Assembly: GCA_024763275.1 (NCBI GenBank)
Contig: JANTFT010000001.1
Span: forward strand, 63,457 to 127,456
Direction: 5' to 3'
Length of the DNA stretch: 64,000 bases
From: Anaerolineales bacterium
GTDB taxonomy: Bacteria; Chloroflexota; Anaerolineae; Anaerolineales; UBA11858
Part shown: positions 8,339-17,412 of the stretch, one piece after another
How the letters are laid out: the number at the start of each line of letters is the position of its first letter
Numbering within the stretch: position 1 is the stretch's first letter
Position numbers and translations under genes: made by a program
The notes under the pieces: model-generated
What the model was told of the DNA's origin: nothing
The model's database searches: none
What the model saw: only the letters and a program-made list of their open reading frames with translations

Positions 8339-9601
8339 ATGTTGTTCAGTAATTCGCTTGAGAAAATCAACTCAATATACCGGGAATATCCCCGGCAGTT
8401 CTGGGTGATTATAGGCGCTAATTTCATCGATCATGTGGGAGGGGCTTTGATCTTCCCCTTCTTTGCCCTGTATATCACTCAAAAATTCTCTGTGGGCATG
8501 ACGGAAGTGGGGCTGCTCTTTGCCCTGTTTTCGTTTACCGATATGCTCGGGAATATGGTGGGCGGCGCGCTGACTGATTTTCTAGGAAGAAAGACCATGA
8601 TTATCCTGGGATTGATCATCAGTGCCCTGACCAGCCTGGGGATGGGACTGGTCCAGCAGCTGGAATGGTTCTACGTAATGGGCGCGGTTTCTGGCCTGTT
8701 TGCCACGGCAGCGGGGCCGGCCCATGAGGCCATGCTGATCGATATCCTGCCCGAGAGCAAGAGGTCGGAAGGCTTTGGCGTGATGCGGGTGGCCATGAAT
8801 CTTTCGGTGGCGATTGGACCGGCTGTCGGCGGTTTCATCGCTTCCTACTCCTATCTGGTGCTGTTCATAGCTGATACCATCACCAGCCTGATCACAGCTC
8901 TGATTGTCTACCTGGTGGTAGAGGAGAGCATGCCGGAAGAGAGGGGTGCACACGCTTCCCGGAAGGGTTTCAAGGAGACTTTCGCGGGCTACGGGGCGGT
9001 GTTGAAAGACCGCAAGTTCATGCTCTTTGTGATCGTCTCCACGATCGCGACGCTGGTGTACTCCCAGATGTACAGCACTCTGTCGGTTTTCTTGCGGGAT
9101 ATCCACGGAGTTCCGGAATCCGGCTACGGCTGGCTGATGACTCTGAACGCCGCCATGGTGGTCCTGTTCCAGTTCATGATCACCCACAGGATTTCCGATA
9201 AGCCGCCCATGCTGATCCTGGCTTTGGGATCGCTGTTCTACGTGTTCGGGTTTGGCATGTATGGCTTTGTGGACCTCTACATCCTGTTCATGCTGGCTAT
9301 GGCAATCATCACTGTTGGAGAGATGGTCATCATCCCGGTGGCCCGGGCTTATGTCGGCCAGGCTGCTCCGGAGGATATGCGGGGGCGTTATTCCGGGATG
9401 ATGGGTTTCTCCTGGATGATACCCTGGATGATCGGTCCGCTGCTGGCAGGCCTGATCATGGATTACGGCAATCCCAACTGGGTCTGGTACGGCAGCGCTA
9501 TTCTGGCTTTGATCGCGGCCGCTGGCTTCCTGTGGCTGCGCAAGGACCATGAGGAGATTCCCGCTACCTCCCAGCCGGAACCTGGTTTGGAAACAGGTTA
9601 G
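8339..9601 (+). CDS. MFS transporter, drug/H+ antiporter-like
   Basis: About 12 predicted TM segments. MFS motif A GALTDFLGRKTMIILG. Antiporter motif C-like AIGPAVGGFI in TM5. Confidence 0.85.
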   Translation: MLFSNSLEKINSIYREYPRQFWVIIGANFIDHVGGALIFPFFALYITQKFSVGMTEVGLLFALFSFTDMLGNMVGGALTDFLGRKTMIILGLIISALTSLGMGLVQQLEWFYVMGAVSGLFATAAGPAHEAMLIDILPESKRSEGFGVMRVAMNLSVAIGPAVGGFIASYSYLVLFIADTITSLITALIVYLVVEESMPEERGAHASRKGFKETFAGYGAVLKDRKFMLFVIVSTIATLVYSQMYSTLSVFLRDIHGVPESGYGWLMTLNAAMVVLFQFMITHRISDKPPMLILALGSLFYVFGFGMYGFVDLYILFMLAMAIITVGEMVIIPVARAYVGQAAPEDMRGRYSGMMGFSWMIPWMIGPLLAGLIMDYGNPNWVWYGSAILALIAAAGFLWLRKDHEEIPATSQPEPGLETG

Positions 9602-9613
9602 AATAAGGAAAAG

Positions 9614-10648
9614 ATGATGAAGAACAAACTACCTGAAGGATTCAATACCCGAATGGCTTCGATGGCGGATCTGCCTGCCATCCATCTCCTGGAACAGAAA
9701 TGGACGCTCCATTACCTGGGAGTAGAGGGGATGACCTTGGAGAGGCTGCGGAATGAATACGAACTGCCGGGATTTGATGTCTCAAGCAGCGTCCATCTTG
9801 TTGAAGATCCCGGCGGTCTGCTGGTTGGTGTGATTGAGGTCTGGGATGAAAGCGACCCTCCTGTGAGCCCTTATGTCTATTTCGCGGTTGATCCGGATCT
9901 TGAAAATCTCGGGCTGGAGAACTATCTGCTGGAATGGGGAGAAACCCGGGCCCGGCAGGCGCTGGCGCGGGTCGACCCGGAATTGCGGGTGGCCATACGT
10001 GTCCATATTAACCATGTTGTCGAATCCTCCCGGCGGGCTCTGCTGGCAGCGGGATTCCAGCAGATCCGCTACAGCTTCCGGATGCGGATCGAGATGGATC
10101 AGGCGCCGCCTGATCCGACCTGGCCGGAAGGTATCAGCCTGCAGCCCTATGATCCTGAAAGGCACGCCCGGGTTGTTTTTGAAACGGACGAAGAGGTCTT
10201 CCAGGACCATTTTGGTTTTGTTAAGGAAGACCCCGAGGAAGGGTTCGAGAGATTCCTCCACCATATGACCGGGGATGATTCTTACGATCCCAGTCTGTGG
10301 TTCCTGGCCTTCGACGGCCCTGAAATTGTGGGAATATGCCTGTGCCGCCGCTACGGGCCGGAAGATCGGGAGGCGGGTTACGTGTCCAGTCTGGGTGTAA
10401 AACGCGCCTGGAGGCGCCGGGGGCTGGCCCAGGCCCTGCTGCACCAGGCTTTTGGGGAATTCTACCGGCGCGGTAAATATAAAGTCGATCTGGGTGTTGA
10501 TGGGCAATCACTGACCGGCGCCACAGACCTTTATAAAAAAGTGGGCATGCGGGTGCTGCGGCAGTATGACCTGTACGAAAAGGTGCTGCGCCCTGGCGTG
10601 GATATCAGCGTCAACACCCTGGAATCGTCGGGTGAGATTGACAGCTAA
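9614..10648 (+). CDS. GNAT-family N-acetyltransferase (two-domain, mycothiol-synthase-like architecture)
   Basis: Acetyl-CoA motif A LGVKRAWRRRGLAQALL in the C-terminal half. At 344 aa it is consistent with tandem GNAT folds. Confidence 0.7.
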   Translation: MMKNKLPEGFNTRMASMADLPAIHLLEQKWTLHYLGVEGMTLERLRNEYELPGFDVSSSVHLVEDPGGLLVGVIEVWDESDPPVSPYVYFAVDPDLENLGLENYLLEWGETRARQALARVDPELRVAIRVHINHVVESSRRALLAAGFQQIRYSFRMRIEMDQAPPDPTWPEGISLQPYDPERHARVVFETDEEVFQDHFGFVKEDPEEGFERFLHHMTGDDSYDPSLWFLAFDGPEIVGICLCRRYGPEDREAGYVSSLGVKRAWRRRGLAQALLHQAFGEFYRRGKYKVDLGVDGQSLTGATDLYKKVGMRVLRQYDLYEKVLRPGVDISVNTLESSGEIDS

Positions 10649-10663
10649 TTAATAAGGAGATTT

Positions 10664-11296
10664 ATGATCACCACGGTAATTTTTGACATGGGCGGGGTGC
10701 TGGTCCGTACAGAAGACCGTCAACCCCGCCAACGCCTGGCTGACAAACTCAACCTGAGTTACCAGGAGCTGGAAGAGCTGGTTTATAGATCAGCCACGTC
10801 CAAGCAGGCCACGGTAGGGATGATCCCGGCAGAGACCCATAAGAAGGCGGTGCTGGAAAGTCTGGGTTGGCCTGCAGATTCAATTCAGGAGTTTAGCGCT
10901 GAGTTCTGGGGTGGTGATCGGGTGGACCGCCAGCTGGTCGATTTTATCCGCGGTTTGCGAGGGAGCTATACTACCGTCTTGTTAAGCAACGCCTGGGATG
11001 ATCTGCGGTCAGTGCTGGCAGAGAGATGGCAAATTGCCGATGCTTTTGATCATATTTTTATCTCATCTGAAATTGGCCTGGCTAAGCCGGATCCTAGAAT
11101 CTATCAGTGGGTAACAGCGGAGCTGTCTGCCGATCCGACTGAACTGGTTTTCGTGGATGATTTCATCGAAAATGTGCTGGCTGCCAGGGAGGCTGGCTGG
11201 AATGCGGTGCACTTCAGGTCCCGGGAGCAGGCCCTGGACGAGCTGGCGGAATATCTCGACAACGACCTGGGAAGCCTGCCCGGGGATTCCTATTAA
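10664..11296 (+). CDS. HAD-superfamily hydrolase (subfamily IA)
   Basis: Motif I VIFDMGGVLV, motif II LLSN, motif IV FVDD. Confidence 0.8.
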   Translation: MITTVIFDMGGVLVRTEDRQPRQRLADKLNLSYQELEELVYRSATSKQATVGMIPAETHKKAVLESLGWPADSIQEFSAEFWGGDRVDRQLVDFIRGLRGSYTTVLLSNAWDDLRSVLAERWQIADAFDHIFISSEIGLAKPDPRIYQWVTAELSADPTELVFVDDFIENVLAAREAGWNAVHFRSREQALDELAEYLDNDLGSLPGDSY

Positions 11297-11312
11297 GTAA
11301 GGCTGGATCGTT

Positions 11313-11882
11313 ATGTCCGGGAAACTGTTTTTTACACTCCAGTACTGGATCAAGAATCCTCCCTGGGATACCGGGATCACACCTCCGGAGCTGTACCGGT
11401 TCCTGCGCGAGAATCCCCCTGGAAGAGCGCTGGACCTCGGCTGCGGGACCGGTACCAATGTGATCACTCTGGCTAAATATGGTTGGCAGGCGAGTGGGGT
11501 GGATATCGTTCCCCGGGCCATCCGGATTGCCAGGAGGAAAGCCCGCCGGGAAGGGGTAGAGGACCTCACTGAATTTTCTGTGGGGGATGCCCTGGCGCCG
11601 GAAACTTTCCAGGGGGAATATGACCTGATCCTTGATATCGGCTGTTTTCACGTTTTTCCAGAATCGGCGGCTGAGATCTACGGGCGCAATCTGAGGGCTC
11701 ATTTGGCAGAAGGGGGGCGGTTTTTGCTGTATGTCCACCTCGATCGGGGGCCGGGACCCGGGCATGGGGCCTCGGAAGCCGGCCTGGAGAAGCTGGGGGA
11801 ATATCTACATTTGATCAGGCGAACGGACGGGGAAGAATCCTCCCGCCCTTCTGCCTGGCTGGAATTCGGGAAGCGGAAATAA
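11313..11882 (+). CDS. class I SAM-dependent methyltransferase
   Basis: SAM-binding motif ALDLGCGTGTN and a downstream acidic loop GVDI. Confidence 0.75.
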   Translation: MSGKLFFTLQYWIKNPPWDTGITPPELYRFLRENPPGRALDLGCGTGTNVITLAKYGWQASGVDIVPRAIRIARRKARREGVEDLTEFSVGDALAPETFQGEYDLILDIGCFHVFPESAAEIYGRNLRAHLAEGGRFLLYVHLDRGPGPGHGASEAGLEKLGEYLHLIRRTDGEESSRPSAWLEFGKRK

Positions 11883-11919
11883 TCAGCAGTAAATTGTAAT
11901 AATTGTCCAGCTATCATCC

Positions 11920-12888
11920 TCAGCTGTTCCGGTTGTCAAATATCCCCTTCACCTTTTTCTTGAAGCTCTTCACATCAGTTTCTGTCAAGAGCTTTTTTCT
12001 CAATTCTGGCTCCAGGTTGTAAGGTTCCAGGTAACTGGCAGCGAATTTGCGGAACAGCACCAGACCGTCCCGGGGTCCAAAAAAGGACAGCGAGCGCTCC
12101 AGGTGCTCTTCCAGTACGGACCGCACTTCGCCTGGGGAGACCTCCTCTCTGTCCCGGCCGTTGAATATCCAGGGGTTACTGATCGCGGCTCGGCCGATCA
12201 TCACCCCGTCACAATCCGTCTCCTCGATCATGGCCTCGATATCAGAGGCGCGGCGGATTCCGCCATTGCCAAGCACTGGGATTTCCAGGGCATTTTTAAT
12301 CTCCTTAAGCGCCGGGAGATCAGCTCTTCCCTGGTGCCCCTGTTCCTTGACCCGGGCATGGACTGCCAGCAGGGATCCGCCGTACTCTTCAATGATACGG
12401 GCGATCAGCAGCTGTTTGGGGCAATCCTGCCAGCCAAGGCGGATCTTCGCGGTGACAGGGATGTCCAGGTTCCTGGTGAGCCTGTCGAAGATCCGGGCGA
12501 CTTTCAGCGGCGATCGCATCAAACCTGCCCCGGCTCCCCGGCGGGTGATAGAGCGGTTCGGGCAGCCCAGGTTGATATCAATGGCGTCTGGTTCCGCTTC
12601 CTGGAGTTTGCGGGCGGCGGCCAGAATGGTCTCTGGGTCATGGCCGTAGAGCTGGATGATCAGCGGGCGCTCTTCCGGGGTGAAGTAAAGCTTGCTTTTG
12701 ATGTAGTGGGGGCGGTCAAGCACATCCTCAGCCTTGACGAACTCAGTGTAGCTGATGGAGGAGCCCAGCATCCTGCACAAAGAACGGAATGGCCAGCTGG
12801 AATACCCGTCCATGGGGGCCAGAACCAGATTTCCCTGGACAGGGAGGGCAGCGATCTTGAAAGCTGGAGTCTGCCCTGCCGCGGTCAT
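11920..12888 (-). CDS. tRNA-dihydrouridine synthase
   Basis: Dus motifs LAPMDGYS, IDINLGCP, and a TIM-barrel FMN-binding pattern (GNGGI, MIGR). Confidence 0.85.
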   Translation of the reverse strand: MTAAGQTPAFKIAALPVQGNLVLAPMDGYSSWPFRSLCRMLGSSISYTEFVKAEDVLDRPHYIKSKLYFTPEERPLIIQLYGHDPETILAAARKLQEAEPDAIDINLGCPNRSITRRGAGAGLMRSPLKVARIFDRLTRNLDIPVTAKIRLGWQDCPKQLLIARIIEEYGGSLLAVHARVKEQGHQGRADLPALKEIKNALEIPVLGNGGIRRASDIEAMIEETDCDGVMIGRAAISNPWIFNGRDREEVSPGEVRSVLEEHLERSLSFFGPRDGLVLFRKFAASYLEPYNLEPELRKKLLTETDVKSFKKKVKGIFDNRNS

Positions 12889-14282
12889 TTGGGAAGCAGG
12901 GCGGCTGACAGGGCCTGGCTGAGTGATCTGGCCTCAACGACCTCGAGGGTTTTCGGCCAGGAGATCCCTCCTCCACGCAGACGCTTGGGAATGATTGCGG
13001 ATTTGAAGCCCAGCTTGGCGGCTTCCCCCAGGCGGTCGCTCATCCGGCTGGCCATGCGCAGCTCGCCCGATAGCCCGACTTCACCGATCAGGATGGTGTC
13101 CGCTTTCACCGGCGTGTCTTTGATGGAACTGGCGATAGCGGCCGCCACAGCCAGGTCGGCGGCGGGTTCACTTATCTTTAAACCTCCTACAACATTGACA
13201 AAAACGTCCTGGTCGGTGAGCTTGACCCCTGCCCGGCGGGTGAGGACAGCGCTGATCAGCAGCAGGCGGTTGAACTCGATCCCGTTCGGGGTTCGGCGAG
13301 GATTTCCGAATGTTGTCGGGTTGGTCAGCCCCTGGATCTCGACCAGTATGGGTCGGGTGCCCTCCATGGTAACGGCGATAGCTGACCCGGGGGCGTTGAC
13401 CATGCGTTCCGCCAGGAAGGCTTCCGAGGGGTTAGAGATTTCGATCATGCCCCTGTCACTCATTTCAAAGACACCGACCTCGGAGGTGGCGCCAAAGCGG
13501 TTCTTGACCGACCGCAGCAGCCGGTATGCCTGGTAGCGGTCGCCTTCCAGGTAGAGGACGGTGTCAACAATGTGTTCCAGGACTCTGGGGCCCGCGATGG
13601 CCCCTTCCTTGGTGACATGCCCGATCAGAAAAATGCTGGTGAAGGTCTTTTTAGCGTATTCCCTGAGCCGGGAAGCACTTTCTCGCACCTGGGATACTGA
13701 CCCTGCTGAGGATTCCAGGTCAGGAAGATAGCTGGTCTGAATCGAGTCTAAGATCAATAGGGTGGGTCTGGTGCTGTCCGCGTGGTCGAGGATGGCTTCC
13801 AGATTTGTCTCTGTTACCAGCAGCAGCTGATCTGGCAGTGCCAGCGGTTTTCCCTGCCCGTCCCGATGCAGGCGGTCCGCCCGCATTTTAATCTGCTGCT
13901 CGGATTCTTCCCCTGAGATATACAGAACCGGGAAGGATTTTGCCAGTTCCAGAGCGACCTGCAGCAGCAGAGTGGATTTACCGATGCCAGGATCGCCGCC
14001 GATCAGGTTGATCGATCCGGGGACCAGGCCGCCTCCCAGCACCCGGGAAAACTCTTCCTGTTTGAGGGGAATTCTTTTTCCCTCATCCGATTGGATATCC
14101 TGGATGGGTTTCGGCACGGATGTTGCAATAAAACGGGAGGAAGAGGAGGCCGGGGAAGCTCTTCGCTCCACCCGCTCTTCGACCATGGTGTTCCAGGAGT
14201 TGCAGTTCGGGCAGCGGCCCAAGTAGCGGGGATTGCTGTACCCGCATTCCTGGCAGACGTATTGTTGAATTGTTTTTGCCAT
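12885..14282 (-). CDS. radA: DNA repair protein RadA/Sms
   Basis: N-terminal Zn finger CQECGYSNPRYLGRCPNCNSW, Walker A GDPGIGKST, KNRFG motif, and a Lon-like C-terminal domain. Confidence 0.95.
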   Translation of the reverse strand: MAKTIQQYVCQECGYSNPRYLGRCPNCNSWNTMVEERVERRASPASSSSRFIATSVPKPIQDIQSDEGKRIPLKQEEFSRVLGGGLVPGSINLIGGDPGIGKSTLLLQVALELAKSFPVLYISGEESEQQIKMRADRLHRDGQGKPLALPDQLLLVTETNLEAILDHADSTRPTLLILDSIQTSYLPDLESSAGSVSQVRESASRLREYAKKTFTSIFLIGHVTKEGAIAGPRVLEHIVDTVLYLEGDRYQAYRLLRSVKNRFGATSEVGVFEMSDRGMIEISNPSEAFLAERMVNAPGSAIAVTMEGTRPILVEIQGLTNPTTFGNPRRTPNGIEFNRLLLISAVLTRRAGVKLTDQDVFVNVVGGLKISEPAADLAVAAAIASSIKDTPVKADTILIGEVGLSGELRMASRMSDRLGEAAKLGFKSAIIPKRLRGGGISWPKTLEVVEARSLSQALSAALLPK

Positions 14283-14288
14283 GCAACC

Positions 14289-14294
14289 ATTATA
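14289..14294 (-). promoter_or_regulatory. -10 box TATAAT, 6 nt upstream of the radA ATG (leaderless-type)
   Basis: Minus strand reads TTTATAAT-ggttgc-ATG. There is no room for an SD. Confidence 0.45.
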
Positions 14295-14356
14295 AACGCT
14301 TAAAGAAAAGGGAAAGGGCGCCGGGAAAAATACTGAAAATCATTCTGGTATCTCTC

Positions 14357-14385
14357 TTGCAAAAGGTCGAATTATCCACTATAAT
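14357..14385 (+). promoter_or_regulatory. sigma70-type promoter TTGCAA-17 nt-TATAAT
   Basis: Hexamers at 14357-14362 and 14380-14385 with exact 17-nt spacing. Confidence 0.7.
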
Positions 14386-14390
14386 GAAGT

Positions 14391-14404
14391 AGAACAAGTG
14401 TTCT
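14391..14404. promoter_or_regulatory. LexA-type SOS box AGAAC-AAGT-GTTCT (Gram-positive GAAC-N4-GTTC class)
   Basis: Perfect 5+5 inverted repeat with a 4-nt spacer, starting 6 nt after the -10 hexamer and so covering the predicted transcription start. Confidence 0.6.
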
Positions 14405-14469
14405 AGTAAAGAGGTAGGCCAGCCGGGTCGGGATCGAAAAGACTGGTAGTGACGGACAGGGAGCAGGAA

Positions 14470-14745
14470 ATGGAAATTGGTATGTTGTGGTTTGACAATG
14501 ACAGAAAAGCCTCCATCCCCAACAAGGTGGAAAAGGCTGCCCGCTATTATCAGCAGAAATATGGGGTCAACCCAGATTTATGTTATGTGCACCCGCAGAT
14601 GATGAAGGGGGAAAACGGAAAAGGCCAGGGCTCTCGAGCCAAGGCGGAGGGGAAACCGCTGAAGATCGGGAAAATTCTGGTATTGAAAAACGAAAAAGTG
14701 CTCCCAGATCATTTTTGGATCGGGATCAGGAACGGAAAAGAGTAG
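14470..14745 (+). CDS. hypothetical small protein (91 aa), predicted SOS-controlled
   Basis: ORF 14449..14745 starts at a GTG without an SD. ATG 14470 has AGGGAG 7 nt upstream. I recognise no family. Confidence 0.5.
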   Translation: MEIGMLWFDNDRKASIPNKVEKAARYYQQKYGVNPDLCYVHPQMMKGENGKGQGSRAKAEGKPLKIGKILVLKNEKVLPDHFWIGIRNGKE

Positions 14746-14746
14746 T

Positions 14747-15619
14747 TCAATTCGGGTGGGTGATATAGATTTCCCAGCTCCCCCAATAGCTGTCTTCCTC
14801 TTCGGTCTGACAGGTGGGAACTTCAATGTCAGAGATTAGCAACCCGCTTTCAGGTACCTCCAGCTGATAGGTCAATCCCGGCTCCGCCAGGTAATCGGCG
14901 TAGCCCAGACCGAGCTCTGGTTTCAATCCGGTGAAAAACACCTCCTTGGGATCGGCTCCCAGAGATATTTCCAGCTTTACGCCAGGAACCCCTTTGCCTT
15001 CAGCATCGGTGGCGATGATCTGGATCAACGGTTCACCGAGGGTGGGATCGCAGATAGGAGATGAATCCTGGAGGATGAAAGGAAGGGAATTTGTCGGGGA
15101 AGGAGCAGGGTTGGCCGCTGTGGTTTCTGAGGCCGGAGTGCTGCTTACTGCTGGATCTGATGAAGTGGGGCTGGCGGCGGCCCTGGTCGTCTCCCCTGTC
15201 GGCTGTTCCTCACCCTCCGGCGAAGCTGGTGGGGGAGGTGTCTCGGCTGTGATGGCGGCCTGCTGCAGGGCGGCGGATAGATTGGCAAGTACCTTGGCCA
15301 TCTCGTTATCTCCGCTTTCTGCCAGATACCGCTGGGCCTGAGCTGCCAGGGCGAGGGCTGGATCCTCATCTCCGAGCAGTTCCAGACGGGCTTTAGCCCG
15401 GGGCAGGTTGTTATTGGCCTGGTAGGCCCGGGATATCAGCTCCCGGTAGATATCTTTGTAATCGTCCCGGAGCAAATTGGGGTGAGTGTCAACTTCCCGG
15501 ACAGGCGCGATGGCCCAGGCATAGACGATTCCCATGATCAGCCCAAAAATCAGACCGGTCAGCAAATACCAGTTGCCGCGATTTTGATCCATGAGCTCAG
15601 TTGGTCTCCTTGATGGCAT
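14747..15619 (-). CDS. hypothetical N-terminally anchored protein with Pro/Thr/Ser/Ala-rich linker and C-terminal globular domain
   Basis: TM segment WYLLTGLIFGLIMGIVYAWAI. The N-domain is paralogous to the upstream gene. Low-complexity region PPPPASPEGEEQPTGETTRAAASPTSS. Alternative start at ATG 15592. Confidence 0.55.
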   Translation of the reverse strand: MPSRRPTELMDQNRGNWYLLTGLIFGLIMGIVYAWAIAPVREVDTHPNLLRDDYKDIYRELISRAYQANNNLPRAKARLELLGDEDPALALAAQAQRYLAESGDNEMAKVLANLSAALQQAAITAETPPPPASPEGEEQPTGETTRAAASPTSSDPAVSSTPASETTAANPAPSPTNSLPFILQDSSPICDPTLGEPLIQIIATDAEGKGVPGVKLEISLGADPKEVFFTGLKPELGLGYADYLAEPGLTYQLEVPESGLLISDIEVPTCQTEEEDSYWGSWEIYITHPN

Positions 15620-15929
15620 TATGCAGGTCCCGTAACAGGAACATGTCCGGGAGGGTGTATTCGGCCTGGGAGGCGAATTTAAGGGCGTTCTCTACACTGG
15701 TCAATGGATTCGGATCTCCCAGCAAGGTCAGTCGGTTCAGAGCCCAATCCAGATCGTTTTCCTGGTGGTAGACTTCCGCAACCATCAGAGTGTAATCGGT
15801 CTTGTAATCGATCCTCAAATCTGGCAAAGTGGTATCCTGGTAGCTTACCGGGTTGATCACCCAGCCATAGACCAAGCCCAGGCCCAAACCTACCAGCATC
15901 ACTATCAAAAACAATGTCCAGCGTGACAT
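15597..15929 (-). CDS. hypothetical N-terminally anchored protein (paralog of the N-domain of 14747..15619)
   Basis: ATG 15929 has a GAGAGGG SD. TM segment WTLFLIVMLVGLGLGLVYGWVI. Shares the pattern VY.W.I.PV...DT.P..LR.DYK..Y...RL.LLGD with the downstream gene. Confidence 0.55.
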   Translation of the reverse strand: MSRWTLFLIVMLVGLGLGLVYGWVINPVSYQDTTLPDLRIDYKTDYTLMVAEVYHQENDLDWALNRLTLLGDPNPLTSVENALKFASQAEYTLPDMFLLRDLHNAIKETN

Positions 15930-16073
15930 AGCAGCCCTCTCTAAATTCCCTTCTAATTGTGCCACAGAGCCCATTAATTAACAAGTCATCCATCCTGAAA
16001 TGGGTCTGAGAGCCCCCCGGGAAAGGTTTATCCCCACCCTTGTTAAGGGATTGTTAATCCGGAATTGGCTTTC

Positions 16074-16102
16074 TTGACGCTATTTAATGTAGGTGATATA
16101 GT
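16074..16102 (+). promoter_or_regulatory. sigma70-type promoter TTGACG-17 nt-TATAGT
   Basis: Exact 17-nt spacing, about 35 nt upstream of ATG 16138. Confidence 0.65.
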
Positions 16103-16137
16103 GAGCGCGGAGGATTTCCAGCAAGGAAAGTCACTCA

Positions 16138-17316
16138 ATGGAAAAGGAACAAAACACACCGCCCCCTGAGGAGTCCAGCGGATTAATGAACAAGATCAAA
16201 AGCATCCTGGCAGAAAGCCTGGCCGGTGAAAACGGGCGCCGGACACTGACCGTTCTGGCCGTCATTATCCTGGCCGGGGGTGTTGTGCTGGCGATCAACG
16301 CCTTTTTCCCCCGCTCCCAGGGAGATAAGGCCTCTCTTCCAGCCTTTCCCCTCGGGAAGGTGGAAAGTGCTGGCGCAGAGAACACGGCAGACCAGCAAAA
16401 CCTCCTGGAAATGCCCAGCTTTGTCGAAGACAGGTCATCCCTCAATCGGGGCATTCACCGTGCGGCCGTGATCCATACCACCATTCCCACCAGACCCCGG
16501 GTGGATGTCATTAAATACGTTGTGGAACAGGGAGATTCCCTGTTCGCGATCGCAGACAAATTCGGTTTGAAACCGGAAACTATCCTGTGGGGCAACTTTG
16601 ACATCCTGGCAGATAATCCCCATACCCTGCAGCCTGGACAGGAGCTCAATATCCTGCCTGTAAATGGCACCTACCATAAATGGCGGGAGGGTGAATCCCT
16701 TTCCAAAGTCTCTGAATATTACGGCGTTGACCCGCTGGACATCATTGAATACCCCGGCAACCACCTCGATATCTATGATTTCGATCTTGACAATCCTTCC
16801 TTTGAGAACGGGCAGATGCTGATTGTGCCAGGTGGAACACGGGAGCTGGTTGATTATGGTCCTCCGGCGATCACCAGGGACAACCCGGCGGTCGCATCCA
16901 CCTATGGTCCCGGCCACTGCGGCACAATTTACACAGGCGCTGTTGGCGTGGGCGTCTTTATCTGGCCGACCACGGAGCGCTGGATCTCAGGGTATGACTA
17001 CAATCCGGGGGTCCACCCGGCTATCGACATTGCGGGATCTCTCGGAAATCCTGTTTGGGCTGCTGATAATGGCGTTGTTGTCTATGCTGGCTGGAGCAAT
17101 TACGGCTATGGAAACCTGGTGGTGATCGATCACGGCAATGGCTGGCAAACACTTTATGCCCATTTGAATAACATCTATGTGGGCTGCGGCCAGAGCGTGA
17201 ACCAGGGCGAGGCTATCGGTGGATTGGGCACCACGGGCAACTCTTCCGGCCCTCACCTGCACTTTGAGATGATTTATATGGGGACTAAAGTCAATCCCCA
17301 TGATTTCCTTCAATAG
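16138..17316 (+). CDS. LysM-domain M23-family peptidoglycan metalloendopeptidase
   Basis: Two LysM repeats (YVVEQGDSLFAIADKFG, HKWREGESLSKVSEYYG). M23 motifs HPAIDIAG and GPHLHFEM. Confidence 0.85.
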   Translation: MEKEQNTPPPEESSGLMNKIKSILAESLAGENGRRTLTVLAVIILAGGVVLAINAFFPRSQGDKASLPAFPLGKVESAGAENTADQQNLLEMPSFVEDRSSLNRGIHRAAVIHTTIPTRPRVDVIKYVVEQGDSLFAIADKFGLKPETILWGNFDILADNPHTLQPGQELNILPVNGTYHKWREGESLSKVSEYYGVDPLDIIEYPGNHLDIYDFDLDNPSFENGQMLIVPGGTRELVDYGPPAITRDNPAVASTYGPGHCGTIYTGAVGVGVFIWPTTERWISGYDYNPGVHPAIDIAGSLGNPVWAADNGVVVYAGWSNYGYGNLVVIDHGNGWQTLYAHLNNIYVGCGQSVNQGEAIGGLGTTGNSSGPHLHFEMIYMGTKVNPHDFLQ

Positions 17317-17344
17317 CAGATCACGCTAACCTGATTTTGGAAAA

Positions 17345-17374
17345 GCAAGGTACAATTCTGTACCTTGCTTTTTG
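17345..17374. terminator. intrinsic terminator (A-tract / 10-bp stem / T-tract, potentially bidirectional)
   Basis: aaaaGCAAGGTACAattcTGTACCTTGCttttt, located right after the M23 peptidase stop. Confidence 0.8.
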
Positions 17375-17412
17375 TTACAATAGGGATGTGCTTTAGAAGA
17401 ATCCAGAGAATT

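Noticed and set aside
12103-13536. 477-aa plus-strand ORF spanning the dus and radA loci
   Set aside because: It lies antisense to two well-supported genes. It has biased Arg/Ser/Pro/Gly-rich composition and no SD. Long antisense ORFs of this kind are an expected artefact of GC-rich coding DNA.
16525-16545. 9-bp perfect inverted repeat GAACAGGGA-gat-TCCCTGTTC inside the LysM-M23 peptidase gene
   Set aside because: It lies within coding sequence. About one such repeat is expected by chance in 64 kb, and it does not have GAAC-N4-GTTC SOS-box spacing.
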